Shown here one piece after another: positions 1 to 12,245 of a DNA stretch of 64,000 bases. The notes beneath the pieces were generated by a model. The model made no database searches. It had not been told where the DNA came from and saw only the letters and a list, made by a program, of their open reading frames with translations. How positions within the stretch are numbered: position 1 is the first letter of the stretch; every line of letters starts with the position of its first letter. Position numbers and translations under genes: made by a program. Origin of the DNA: Squalus acanthias (lineage: Eukaryota). Location of the stretch: positions 558,001-622,000 of the forward strand of contig CM059433.1 of the NCBI GenBank assembly GCA_030390025.1. Reading direction: 5' to 3'.

Positions 1-319
1 TGGGACCAAGTTATCTGAACCTTGTGCACTGGATTGCCAGGGCTCACAGACTGGATATGGTCCACAGCCCACAGGCTATATTTCTTGGCATCAATGTTGA
101 AGTTGAGAATCCATGTGTCTGAATTGTTCTTTTCCCCAATCCTCCATAGTAGAGATTGAAGTTGAATAACCAGCATCCCTGATGGCGAGTGGATAACTAG
201 GCAGACTGGCCAGGAATGTCCCACGTTTGCTGCATGTTCTGTGCCAGTTTAGTTGATCGCAGCTGGGGAGAAGTAGTGACACTACATTTGGCATCAGCAC
301 CTCTGGGCTAATGAAGTTT

Positions 320-705
320 TTTATAAATTAATTCACAGGATGTGGGCGTCGTTGGAAAGGCCAGCATTTATTGCCCATCCCTAATTGCCCTTGAGAAGGG
401 GGTGGTGAGCCACCACCTTGAACTCCTGCAGCCCGTGTGGTGAAGGTACTCCCATGCTTTTAGGGAGAGAGATCCAGGATTTTGACCCAGCGACGATGAA
501 GGATAGGTGATATATTTGCAAATCAGAATAGTGAGTGACTTGGAGGGGAACTTGGAGGTGGTGGTGTTCCCATGCGCCTGTTGCCCTTGTCTTGCTAGAT
601 GGTAGAGGTCGCAGGTTTGGGAGGTGCTGTCGAAGAAACCTTGGCGAGTTTCTGCAGTGCATCTTGTAGATGGTACACACTGCAGACACGGTGCAGTGGT
701 GGTGA
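320..705 (-). mobile_element. LINE 3' fragment, poly(A)-tailed CR1-clade family (called family 2 here)
   Basis: Reverse complement of the 3' end seen at 48880-49260 ([19 protein letters not shown] peptide; gggcaataaatgctggcc tail). Confidence 0.8.
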
Positions 706-824
706 AAAATCAGCCAGAGTTCTCGCACATGATTAGCATCCAGTGACCCTCTTGCTGAAAAATGCTTGTATGCAACTACTAGGTGGGGCCAGGATCAGGC
801 GCTCCTAGGGCCCTCCTTCCTCAT

Positions 825-1025
825 GATTCTCCCTAAACCCCTCCGCCTCTCTACCTCTCTCTCCTCCTTTAAGTCGCTCCTTAAAACCTACTTGACAAAG
901 TTTTTGGTCGCCTGCCCATATATCTCCTTATGTGCCACGAACGATGTCAAATTTTGTTTGATAACGCTCCTGTGAAGCGTCTTGGGATGTTTAGCTGAGT
1001 TAAAGGCGCTTTCTATATAAATGCA
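825..1025 (+). mobile_element. L2-type LINE 3' end; tail resumes at about 1543-1562 after a nested insertion
   Basis: ctccctaaacccctccgcctctctacctctctctcctcctttaag...aaaggcgct...tatataaatgcaag, same family as 2225-2662 and 41790-43547. Confidence 0.75.
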
Positions 1026-1320
1026 GGTCATGAATGTGCGGGTTAGGTTGATTTGGCTATGATAAATTGACCCTTACTGTTAGGGGGGGATTAAATATGT
1101 GGGGTTACGGGGATAGGATGGGATATGTTAGGGGGAATTAAATACGTGGGGTTACGGGGATAGGGTGGGATATGTGTCGGTGCAGGCTCGATGGGGATTC
1201 TGTGTGAGGGGGTAGGGACAGGGTGCTGGATTTGGATGATCAGCCATGATCGTATTGAATGGTGGAGCAGGCTCGACGGGCCGAATGGCCTACTCCTGCT
1301 CCTAGTTTCTATGTTTCTAT
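1026..1320 (+). mobile_element. HE1-like (V-SINE) shark SINE, 5'-truncated, with CR1/HER1-derived tail
   Basis: tgtgcgggttaggttgatttggctatgataaattg central domain; tail gggccgaatggcctactcctgctcct...tttctatgtttctat shared with the CR1 3' ends. Confidence 0.7.
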
Positions 1321-1543
1321 GATGTGGAGATGCCGGCGTTGGACTGGGGTGGACAAAAATGAGAAGTCGCACAACACCAGGTTATAGTCCAACAGATTTA
1401 TTTAAAATTACAAGCTTTCGGAGCTGTCGCCCCTTCCTCAGGTAGAGTAACTCTACCTGAGGAAGGGGCGACAGCTCCGAAAGCTTGTAATTTTAAATAA
1501 ATCTGTTGGACTATAACCTGGTGTTGTGCGACTTCTCATTTTT
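1321..1543. mobile_element. Penelope-like element terminal remnant forming a perfect inverted repeat (arms 1355-1448 and 1450-1543)
   Basis: The two 94-bp arms are exact reverse complements around a single A at 1449. The sequence cctgaggaagg...ccgaaagc...aaataaa...gttggactataacctggtgttgtg is the typical shark Penelope end. Confidence 0.85.
1454..1489 (+). ncRNA. Minimal type I hammerhead ribozyme motif; mirror copy on - strand at 1409-1444
   Basis: UAC-CUGAGGA-A-GGGGC(GACA)GCUCC-GAAA-GCU-U-GUA: core CUGANGA and GAAA, 5-bp stem II, palindromic AGCU stem III, 3-bp stem I. Confidence 0.7.
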
Positions 1544-2224
1544 ATATAAATGCAAGTTGATGATTCTCTCCCTTCTCCCCAAGGGCGTCAAAAACCTTCT
1601 AATAGTATAAGCCTCACACCTGAAGAATAGCCGCTTAGGTGAGATATCGGAGGGCTTCCAGCACCCATGTAACCGTGCCGCAGCATGAGTTAGCATTTAC
1701 AGGAGAGACGGGGGATAATCTATATGGCCTTTTCTTTTGTTTCATATTGTGCATTGTTTTGTAAGAAGCTGTGTTACTATGGTGGTGGAATGGCCTCACA
1801 CAGTGGAGGTAGCGCTAAAGCTGTTAAGTTGGGATGCTGTAATCCTCCAAATGCACTTCTGCACAGTATGGAGCTTTATTTTGTTCACCTAATCCTGCAA
1901 TGTGGTTAGATATCCCCAAGCAAACTGACATTGGAATTTCTCCCATCGCGAGACATAAATAGCTGAGCTACTGTAAAAGAAAATATTGGCACTAAATAAT
2001 TTGTGGAATTTTAAGAAGTCCTTTGGATGCCAAATTGAATTTAGCACTCTGAGTGAGAATGTTGTAAATCAAATATTTTTAATAATCCTTATGTGGAGCT
2101 TGAACACATCTTTTTAAAAACCGAGCACAATAAATACTGAGCACATATTTTCATTTATATTGGTGGAGTGGACCTGGTTGGGTGACTCTCTGAATCCTGG
2201 CTTTTTGCTCGATCAATACACATA

Positions 2225-2662
2225 CTTTTTCTGTTCCTGGCTCCCGGTTAAGCAACGCCTCAATTAAAAAATTCTCATCCTTGTTTTCAAATCCCTCCAT
2301 GGCCTCACACCTCCCGATCTCTGTAATCTCCACCAGCCCCACAAGCACCCCTCCCCGAGATATCTGCGCTCCTCAAATTCTGCCCTCTTGAGCATCCGTG
2401 ATTATAATCGCTCAACCATTGGTGGCTGTGCCTTCAGCTGCCTGGGCCCTAAGCTCTGGAATTCCCTCCCTAAACCTCGCTACTTCTCTTTCCTCCTTTA
2501 AGGCGCTCTTTAAAACCTACCTCTTTGACCAAGCTTTTGGTCATCTGCCCTAATTTCTTATGTGGCTCGGTGTCAATTTTTTGTCTTAAAATACTCCTGT
2601 GAAGCGCCGTGGGACGTTTTGATATGTTAAAGGAGCTATATAAATACAAGTTGTTGTTGTTG
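2225..2662 (+). mobile_element. L2-type LINE 3' fragment
   Basis: [21 protein letters not shown] end, ttggtggctgtgccttcagctgcctgggccctaagctctggaattcc, and (ttg)n tail. Confidence 0.8.
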
Positions 2663-2877
2663 TTCTCAGAAAGGGCCATTTTGATCCAGCGTCCTCAACA
2701 GAACGTTTAACCTTGATGCCACAAAAACTGCTCTGGTGCAATCTGACCTGCAAACCATTTTGGTAAATAAAAGAATAGCAGCATTTTGTTGGCACATAGG
2801 CCATTTGGTATCTTTTCATCAGTTGTTCACCCACCACATAAACGTGTATCGCCTGAGCCAAACAGGGAAACAAACTA

Positions 2878-2993
2878 AAGCAAAAATACTGCAGATGCTG
2901 GAAATCTGAAAACCAGAAAATGCTGGCAACACTCAGCATCTGTGGCGAGGGAAACAGAGTTAATGTTTCAGGTCGATGACCTTTCATCAGAAT
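2878..2993 (-). mobile_element. Penelope-like element 3' end fragment with degenerate hammerhead motif
   Basis: Minus strand CUGAUGA-A-AGGUC(AUC)GACCU-GAAA-CAUUAAC; homologous to 26946-27080. Confidence 0.7.
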
Positions 2994-3488
2994 TCCTGTC
3001 TCGAAGTTTACGTTCTTTAGGCTGAGTGGATAAATGCACTCGGTGGTGTGATGCTGATCCATGCAGATCTGAGTCCTCTTATCAGCTGATCTCAGTGGGT
3101 GTGGTGGTGGGAAAAGTGCATTTGATTGGGAGAAAAAAAACCCTTGGTGAGATCAAGTTATTTGCTAGACCTAGTGTACATATCTAGTCATTTAAGTTCT
3201 GTAAACCAGCCGATGTAATTCTACCAAATAGATGGAAAATCCTGGATCCTTTTCAACGAATTACAGGCTAATATTGAACTGAAGCATTTAGATGATGTGC
3301 TATTGGGTGACTTCATGTGTGTGAAAAGCTCATTCTCCCCTATTGACAGCTGTTGTTTGATATCACACGTTAAGAATGGCAACCTGGATCTCGATTTTGA
3401 TCTTGATGCCTGTGGGATCATACCCCATGATGAGTAAATGCTTTCAGGAGAGGAGAGGAGGGGAGAAAATGAGAGGGGATGCATACTG

Positions 3489-3793
3489 CAGTGGTTTTGA
3501 AACTTGTCAGTGTGATGGTCCCTTTTGGATATGTTAATGTGCTTTTATGAGCTCCCTGCATATATTGACACATAACCCCCACCCTCACCGGTCCTCACTA
3601 CCAAAAGACGGTGTGAATTAGGTAGAGTATAATGGCACCATCTTTGTAGAAAATGCATTTTATTTGTATGCAGCAACAGAAGTAACGTGCTACAAAATCA
3701 ACAAATATGGGACAATACAGAAATTTGATGGGCCTCCTTTGGTTCCCTCCTGCCTCCCTTAAGGTTCACAAGGATCCCAGTTTAAAAACTATG
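3489..3793. mobile_element. Degenerate hAT/Charlie-like MITE
   Basis: Termini cagtggttttgaaact ... agtttaaaaactatg form an imperfect TIR; no clear 8-bp TSD. Confidence 0.4.
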
Positions 3794-3996
3794 CCATTTA
3801 TAAGTTCAAATGATTTATGAGTCAGTTATTTTTGTTTTGACTGTTTGGCGCATAGACTATTGGGTGACTCATTGGCCTGTGACGGATACAGTGGTCCATC
3901 CCCCATATTCGGACATGTTTTGAGTCTAAAGCAAGCACTGCACCATTATGTTTGCTCCGCCAAGGATCTTGCCTATCTTATGAAAATAGTCCATCC

Positions 3997-4046
3997 GGGA
4001 ACAGTACAGTACAATTATTGCTGGGAACAGTACAGTACAATTATTG
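3997..4046. repeat. Tandem duplication, period 26 (gggaacagtacagtacaattattg x2)
   Basis: Exact 24-nt copies at 3997-4020 and 4023-4046. Confidence 0.9.
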
Positions 4047-4930
4047 GGTAAGTTATAGGCCTCTCCGGACTGTGAATCCTGATTGTAATATAGTAAAAGG
4101 GTAAGCTAGAAAAGACAGCTGTGGAATTCCTTGCTTTCCTTCTTGTGGGTATAAAAAATAATCAGGAAAATTAAATGGAGTAACCTTTTTGTCTGCCAAC
4201 ATTCACTGCTTGGGCTCACAGTTGAAGAATGGTCATTTGGGCAAGGTACTGGAGCCTGCTAGTGCCTGTGGAACTGTAGCACAACATGAATCACTGCTTT
4301 CAGTAGAGGTGGGTAGAAATTGCTTAGTGTATAAGATCAGAGGATCTGTGTAACTCGGTATTTTTACATTAAGTGTAAACTGTTGGTGATATTTGATTCT
4401 GAGCATTACTAAGCAATTCATCGCACCTTTCCTAATAAGATGCTCTGAATTCAGGACGTTATTTTGTACTGTACAAATCATGGTAATTTGTTGTATTTTT
4501 GTTTCCTCTGCTACTAGAATCAGCATGCGAGAATGTTTTTGCACTGCTGTGGAGGGAAGGAAATTAGTAATACTATATCATATGCAGTGTGAAGAGCGCA
4601 CTAGTCTCTCCATCTCTTCAGCCTGGAGCAGTGCAAACGTGATGCTTCACCAGTAATCATAGAATCATGGAATCATACAGCACAGAAGGAGGTCATTCGG
4701 CCCATCGTGCCTGTGCTGGCTCTTTGGTAGAGCTATCCAATTAATCTCACTCCCCTGCTCTTTCCCCATAGCCCTTTAACTAATAGGCAGATTTCAGGCA
4801 CCAACTGCTGTTCTTACATTGTGACGACTGTGCACCAGTGTGAGTGAGATACTGGTATATTGCCTAGTCGCATCATGGAGTTCATAGCCTCCTTTTGTGC
4901 TGTAAGATTCTATTTGGCCCACAGTGTCTA

Positions 4931-5650
4931 TAAGAACACAAGAACATAAGAATTAGGAGCAGGAGTCGGCCATACAGTCCCTCGAGCCTGCTCCGCCATT
5001 CAATAAGATCATGGCTGATCTTCGACATGAACTCCACTTTCCCGCCCGATCTCCATATCCCTCGATTCTCCTAGAGTCCAAAAATCTATCGATCTCTGCC
5101 TTGAATATACTCAACGACTGAGCATCCACAGCCCTTTGGGGCAGAGAATTCCAAAGATTCACAACCCTCTGAGTGAAGAAATTCTTCCTCATCTCAATCT
5201 TAAAAGACCAACCCCTTATCCTGAGACTATGCCCCATAGTTCTAGACTCTCCAGCCAGGGGAAACAATCTCTCAGCATCTATCCTGTCAATCCCTCTCAG
5301 AATCTTGTATGTTTCAATGAGATCACCTCTCATTCTTCTAAACTCCAGAGAGTATAGGCCCAATCTACTCGATCTCTCCTCATAGGACAACCCTCTCATC
5401 CCAGGGATCAATCTAGTGAACCTTCATTGCACCCCCACTAAGACAAGTATATTCTTCTTCAGATAAGGAGACCAAAACTGTACACAGTACTCCAGGTATG
5501 GTCTCACCAAAGTCCAGTACAATTGTAGTAAGACTTCCTTACTCCTGTACTCCAACCCCCTTGCAATAAAGGCCAACATGCCATTTGCCTTCCTAATTGC
5601 TTGCTGTATCTGCATGCTAACTTTCTGTGTTTCTTGTACTAGGATACCTA
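4931..5650 (-). mobile_element. CR1 (HER1-like) LINE 3' fragment
   Basis: ORFs 4953..5411 and 5424..5729 give the CR1 ORF2 C-terminus ([32 protein letters not shown]); taagaaca microsatellite tail. Confidence 0.92.
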
Positions 5651-6789
5651 ACTCTGTGCCGGCTCTTTGAAGAGCCATCCAATTAGCCCCATTAGTTGGG
5701 GGGATGGGGGAAGAGAAGATTGTCAGCACTCACTGGCCTTCTGATGGCAATCTTACTACAGTACTCAGTTGATGTAACTGTAAGATATTAATGGTATAAA
5801 ATAACAGCTGAGTTTGCCTACGGTATGTATTTTTTCAACAGCAGAAGGCGGCTTTGTAAATGCAAGTATTTCTTTTCAAAGTAATGCAAAGCTACCTGTT
5901 AAAGCGTATCTGCTGTTGTGGTAACAGACCATACCAACAGCACGCACTACAATTATAGCATGACACTTGTGTAAGAGTAGGCAACCCAACAACTTACAGT
6001 TCTGTAGTGGGATGAGTTTGCCCAGACCCAGAGGAGCATAACCTTGTTGCTCCAAATGAGAATTTCCTCCCGGCACATTGACAATAATTCCACTATGTCA
6101 GAAGCTCATGCAAATCAGTTGATTAATATTCAGTTGCACAAAACCACATTTGTATTGGAATTCCTTTACTAAGCAGTAATTAACAGTGACCCTTATGGAT
6201 TCTACTGTAGTTGTGGTGTGTGGAATTTGTATGATGCATTGTGAAAGCCAATAAAGTTATGTTAATTAGTTTTAGGAGGCCTGAAAATAATCTCTCCGAG
6301 CAGAAGAACATTTTCAGCCAAAAGTTGCCAGTGTTGTTTACTTCTAAAATTTGGGCACACACACTTTTATGCTTGTTTGCTATGAGGTACCATCCTCTTC
6401 AACTCATGGCATAGGCTATAATTGTTGATGAAGCTTCCAGAGTTCAGCAGTCACCTTGAAACCTTACCATGTTGAGCATTGTTATTTTGTCAAAGGAAAT
6501 ACACAATAGTTTCACAATGTAATCTGATAGGATGACAATCAGTGCTAGTGCTCATAGTCTAATGATTGAAAGTTTTAATGTGCATGGCGGCATGGAACAA
6601 AATGCTGAAAGAAATATGAAGTACATTTTCATGAAGACCAGTGCAACAACATGATAAATGGTGTTCTTCTTCACATCACTTCATTTATTAGGAACTGCTG
6701 CTGGTGGAAAAGCAGAATTTACCAGTTTCACTACGCAGTTTGCATCATTGTGAAGGCAAAATTGTTCTGCATCAATGGCAACTGTGTTG

Positions 6790-7090
6790 TGCCATCTTTC
6801 AGATGAGACGTTAAACTGAGGCCCCGTCTGCCCTCAGGTGGACGTAAACCATCCTATGACACTATTTTGAAGAAGAGCAGGGGAGTTCACCCCAGTGTCC
6901 TGGCCAATATTTATCCCTCAATCAACATATCTAAAACAGATATCTGGTCATTTTGGGAGCTTGCTGTGTGCAAATTGGCTGCCCCATTTCCTACATTTCA
7001 ACAGTAGCTACACTTAAAGTACTTCATTGGTTGTAAAGTGCTTTGGGAAGTCCTGAGGTTGTGAAAGGCGCTATGTAAATGCAAGACTTT
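6790..7090 (+). mobile_element. Deu-domain SINE (SacSINE1-like) with L2-type tail, headless
   Basis: ctttcagatgagacgttaaactgaggcccc...gaagaagagcaggggagtt...cctggccaatatttatccctcaa...gtgaaaggcgctat. Confidence 0.75.
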
Positions 7091-7184
7091 TTTCTGAATT
7101 GTCACTACTTCAAAATAAAAATCTATCTTTTCCAGTTTGGTCTTATTAGACAACAAGGTTTAAATATTGGGACTAAAGCAGCCT

Positions 7185-8150
7185 CAGGACATGGCTGCAG
7201 GAGTTCCTTAGGGCAGCATCCTTGGCCCAACCATCTACAGCTGCTTCATCAATGATCTTACGGCTTTCATAAGGTCACGTGTGGGGCTGTTTGGTGACTA
7301 CTCTACAGTCTTCAGCTTAATTCATAACTCCTCCAATAATGAAGTAGCTCATGTCAGCCAACAGCAAGACCTAGACAACATCCAGGCTTGGACTGATAAG
7401 TGTCAGGTAACATTTGTATCATATAAGTGGCAGGCAATTACTGTCTCCAACAAGAAAAAGCCCAAATATCTCCCCAGCCCCCCTCACCCACCGACCTTCA
7501 GCAGCACTACTATCGTCGAGTCTCACCATTCTGAGGGTCACCATTGACCAGAAGCTTAACTGGACCAGCCATGTTAACACTGGCTGTAAGAGAAGAGCAG
7601 AGTTACGTACTTTGACAAGTGGCCAAGTGGCTCGCCTCCTGACCCCGTCAAAGCCTCTGCGCCATCTTGAAGGCGTAAGTCAGGAGTTTGATGGAATGCT
7701 CGTCACTCGCCTGGATGCCGCAGCTTCAACAACACTCGAAACTCAACACCATTCCAGGACATAGCAGTCCACTTGATCGACGCCCCGCCACTGAACTCTG
7801 TATCCACCACTGGTGCACTGTGCCTGCAGTATGTATCCACAGGCTGCACTGCAACAACTCACCAAGATTACTTTTGACAGCACTTCACAGACATCTTAGT
7901 TTTAACACCAAACAACAAAACTTTAGGAACATTATCCCCATCAAGTTCCCTGACTTGGACATGTATCAGTTGCTTCATTGTCACTGGGTCAAAATTTGGA
8001 ATTGCCTACCTAATTGGGAGTGTCATCACCACAAGGATTACAGTGGCTCAAGAAGAAGGCCCCCGTCACCACCTTTTCAGGGCAACTAGAAATGGCAATA
8101 AAAGCGGCTTGCCAGCATTGCCCACATCCTAAGAGCAAATTTTTTTCTAA
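7185..8150 (+). mobile_element. Degenerate family-2 LINE 3' portion
   Basis: RT-like remnants ([23 protein letters not shown]) homologous to 47863-49260. Confidence 0.8.
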
Positions 8151-9182
8151 AAAATCCTGCTGCTGATATTCATTACTTTTGAACAATATAATCTGGCAGC
8201 ATTTGTATGTCTTGCTTAGGCGTTGTATAATTGCTGTGTTATTTTCTGTGTCTGTAATTTATTTTTCTGTTCTGTCCTGATAGCCTTAAAATCTTAATAA
8301 CTGGTGTTTGTAGTTTTCCATCCATGGGTTATTTATTATGGCTGGTCTGGTTAAGCTTTCCTTAAGTTCTAGAGTTTCATGTTTTTTTGTACTGGTTGAT
8401 TTTCTTTAATCTGTGCTGGCTTGGGTTATGGTTGAACTTGTGATGTTGTCAGGTATATTTTTTCAAGGCTCCATGATGTGACGTGTCCTGTTTGCAAGCT
8501 GTTTTGTGAGCCTTATTCTGTTTAATCCGTTTTACTTTTGTAGCATTGTGCTACCTTATTGTTGGATGCTAACGTCTTGAATAAAATCAGCCATTTTCTT
8601 CTTTTGAAGGCAAGCTCAGGCTATGGTATGGTTCCACCAGGACTGACGAGCTTTTAGTACCTTACCTAAATAGCCATTCTTCAGGTACGAGCTTGGATAA
8701 TATCATCAGACTATTTAACTGTGGGGATCATCACAAACAATCCCTGAACCTATCCTTGCCTAAAGTGCATGTGTGTATGCCTTCACACTTTCCAGAATGG
8801 ATCAATGGATAGTAAATAGAAGCAATTATTTTCGCTGCCCTTTTTTTCTCCTTAACACATGAAAACTAAGTCAATTATAGAGGCTTGTTGCAATTCAATT
8901 AATTGCAGAAAAATCACACCAATACAAAATCACTTTTTTGCTGAGAACTTAGTCCTCCACATCTGAAATATAAGCAGCGACCAAATCATTGCAGGCAAAT
9001 ACAAACCGAACTGGACAGTGAACTGATAAATTATATTTCATCTTTAGCATTGAGGACTAAGAGAGTATGATTGCACTTTGACCCACTCACTCTTGCAAGG
9101 ATACAAGACTCTTCTGATAAAATCATCCAGCTCCTCTGCTTGATCATCACTGCTGTGCCAAATAAGTGGTAACAACCGTGGC

Positions 9183-10325
9183 TGCAAAGACCTTTTGTGA
9201 TCCAAGATCGTTGATGACTGCTTTCAGCTCATCAGCAATGTATGTGCCTGTGTGTCTGTTGTCCTTCGTGCCTGTGCTCTTGAAGAACACTGGGAGAGGA
9301 GGAGTGGAGACGATGTAGTTTATGATGCCCTCCCCTCGTACATTTGACCACCCATCTGAGATAACTGCAACACAGCCTGTCATCTCTATCGTTTCTTTGA
9401 GCTTTCCTTGGACTCTGTTATACTCAGCCTCCAGCAAATAACTAGACAAAGCATGTCTGGTGGGAGGACAGTATGCAGGGCGAATAACATTGAAAAATCT
9501 CTTCCAGTGTACACAGGCCCACCCCTCATGCTCACAGCCAGTCACATATACAGCTCGAGCAAGGCACTCATCTGCATTCTTCTGGCTATGGTTATCCATT
9601 GTATCAAAGAACCTTCCAAGTGGGCCAGGAGTTGCTGATAAGGAGCCTGATGCTGAATGTGAACCATCATCTTCTTGAATGGAAGCAGAGGAACTCTGGG
9701 CTGACTGCTGTGAGCTTTGAGTGAAGTTGTTGCATTTGGATAAATGCTGCTGCATCTTTGTGGCATTCTTTACATATGGCTTTGTACAGTGTTTGCACAT
9801 GTACACAGTCTTTCCATCTTTAATGCCTGGGGTAAAATGCTTCCACACATCTGACGGTAAACGTGGCATTGTTCTATGCAGAGAAATAAAGGGCATTTGT
9901 CTCTGTGGCGAACTGCGGTCGATCAGCACGATTGCAACAGGGTGAGTAAATTTTTCCTGATGCTCCATGTGATGGAAGCATGACCTGTGCACGCACGACG
10001 CTACATCACCAATAGAGGGAGCTAATCGCTCATCCACTCATCCAACCAATCAGGACACATTTGTTCACAGTCACACACAAAACTTGTAAGTATTAAAACA
10101 AGCCAAGTAAGAAGATAAACATATATTGATTAAGAAATTCCTTAATAATTAAGATTCCATCTCTGTTAATTTTAAGAGAGGACCTGTGGGGGAAAAAAAG
10201 AAAGAAATACAAAAAAAAACAATATTATGCTAGTATGTGCTTTTTTGGGCAAAATTCCCAAGCTATACTTCCCGTGGAAAATTTTCGGAAATTTACCGGA
10301 AACTTTCCACCCCTTCGCAACTCTA
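9183..10325 (-). mobile_element. 5' half of a hAT DNA transposon with truncated transposase (probable ATG at 9869)
   Basis: ORF 9147..10037: BED zinc finger (SDVWKHF...CKHC...KMQQHLSKC) and first catalytic motif (VAVISDGWSN...HTG.YIA). Terminus TAGAGTTGCGAAGGGGTGGAAAGTTTCCGG with subterminal GGAAA repeats at 10325. Homology breaks after KVFA. Confidence 0.85.
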
Positions 10326-11820
10326 GTCAAGAATCAGCTATTCTCAAGTAAATTCTGTTCTACACATCACAGTTGGCCAACCCATCTGACATTTTAAATA
10401 TACCCAATGATGGCAATATGCATAGAAAACTCATTTCTTTTTCCTGGTCAAAAGTAATCAGTACCAGTAAGCTGGGTGAAGACTGCTTACTAAGTGTGAC
10501 TTGGCAAGGCAAGTCACAAATACATTTTTAATATGATTCACTCTCAGAAGTTACCCCATTTCTACCTCTGGCTGCACTGTTGTTAAATTCCTAATATACG
10601 GTAACAAATGTCCCCCAGCATCATCTTCTGTTCCAACACTTAAAAAAACGTTCTGCCAGAATCTTGCTTGTAAAGGTGAAATCTTGACTTTTTGTTATAA
10701 CTTATTTTATCTTGCAGCTGAATTAGCATTTTGCCTAATCTACTGTCATTAAGTTTAGGTGTAACTTTAGCAAAAGAGACATCCTAACTGCCTTTTACTA
10801 ATCCCGAAATTCAAAAGATGCATTTGGAGATGATGTCTGGCAGCTGGCAGACTCCACTTGGTAATTGTGCTCTGAGCGTAACAGCAGCAGTGAAAGGCAA
10901 CGGAATGGCATCTTGTTGCTATTGGAAACCCTGTTACTATGCTACCTGAGTATCTATTTTCTTTCATTGTTGCTGCATTTTGTAATTTGTTTGTAGATAA
11001 CTGGCTATTTTTTGTTTAAAATCAGCACAAAAGAAATAGGATTTATAGGCCCACATACAATGAAAAACTTAAGTAAATCCAGAAATATTTTGTTTCATAA
11101 CAGAAAAGGTACTAGTAGAATTATCAAAAAAAATGAAACGACAAAACAAATCCTTCCCTCTCTCATCAATAATAAAGCTTATCACTGGTAATCCCCTCTC
11201 CCCTTCACCCTGCAGATTCATTTTGTGGCTGGACATTAATGGACCCAACAAAGCAAATTAGGACACTCTATTTCCATTTTTTTGGTCTGAATTTCTGCCT
11301 TGATTTAGTGCATGTTTGAAATTATTGTGGAACATTTTTCCTTTGAAGATAAATTGTTACATTAGTGGCTCTTTTAAGCCAGCATTATTGTTACTGTAGC
11401 ATAGTCAAAAGGAAGCACCAGGTGCAGAAATAAAAACAGTTTTCAGTATTGTATCTTCAGGAATACCTGCTGTAACTGATGTAATTCTTATTGTACCAAT
11501 AGCTGTAAATGCATCAACTCTCATTTTGATCATTCAAGAGAGCGCAGCATGTTCTATTAGTCTCCAGATTGATGCATAGGTGCTGCTTTCCACTGTTTCA
11601 GGTGTAGTGTAAGCCGTTAGATGACATGTTTTGCAGCAAAATAGAGCTAGAACTAACATTTCCACTAATCTTGGTTTTAGGGTTAAAGAAGATACATTTG
11701 CTGCAGGAAGAGAAGGATTGGAGTTTATTGTGCTTTATAGTTTCTCCTGCATTGAGGTTGCCTGGCTGATGAAATCTAGGTGAAAACTGGGGAAACTTCA
11801 CCCCATTTACACGAGTGAAT

Positions 11821-12245
11821 GCGTCAGCCATGGCTCAGTGGTAGCACTCTCACCTTCTGAATCAAGACAGTTCAGGGTTCAAATCCTATTCCAGCGACTT
11901 GAGCACATAATCTAGGCTGACGCTTTAGTGAAGTGCTGTCAGAGGTGCCATCTTTCGGATGAGACCAAGACCTCGTCTGCCCTCAAGCGAATGTTAAAGA
12001 TTCCATGGCACTATTCAAAGAAGAGCAGAGGAGTTCTACCCGGTGTCCAGGCCAATATTTATCCCTCAACCAACACCACATCTGGTCATTATCTCATTGC
12101 TGTTTGTGGGATCTTGCTGTGCACTAATTGGCAGCCACGTTTCCCTACATTACAATAGTCACTGCAGTTGAAAATTACATAATTGGCTGTAAAGTGTTTT
12201 GAGACGTCCTGAGGTTGTGAAAGGTGCAAGAAAAATGCAAGTTCT
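11821..12245 (+). mobile_element. Full-length tRNA-headed Deu-domain SINE
   Basis: Box A (tggctcagtgg) and box B (ggttcaaatcc) head, Deu core, L2-type tail. Confidence 0.8.

Noticed and set aside
3997..4053. CRISPR-like repeat, or a 5' UTR exon ending at GTAAGT 4048
   Set aside because: Only two adjacent copies with no spacer, so a simple tandem duplication; no supporting acceptor or transcript evidence
8870..9182. 3' TIR or continuation of the hAT element
   Set aside because: No match to TAGAGTTGCGAAGGGG and no recognisable transposase continuation after KVFA
11821..11900. tRNA gene (box A and box B motifs; also at 34990-35060 on the minus strand)
   Set aside because: No complete cloverleaf; it continues directly into the Deu SINE body, so it is a SINE head
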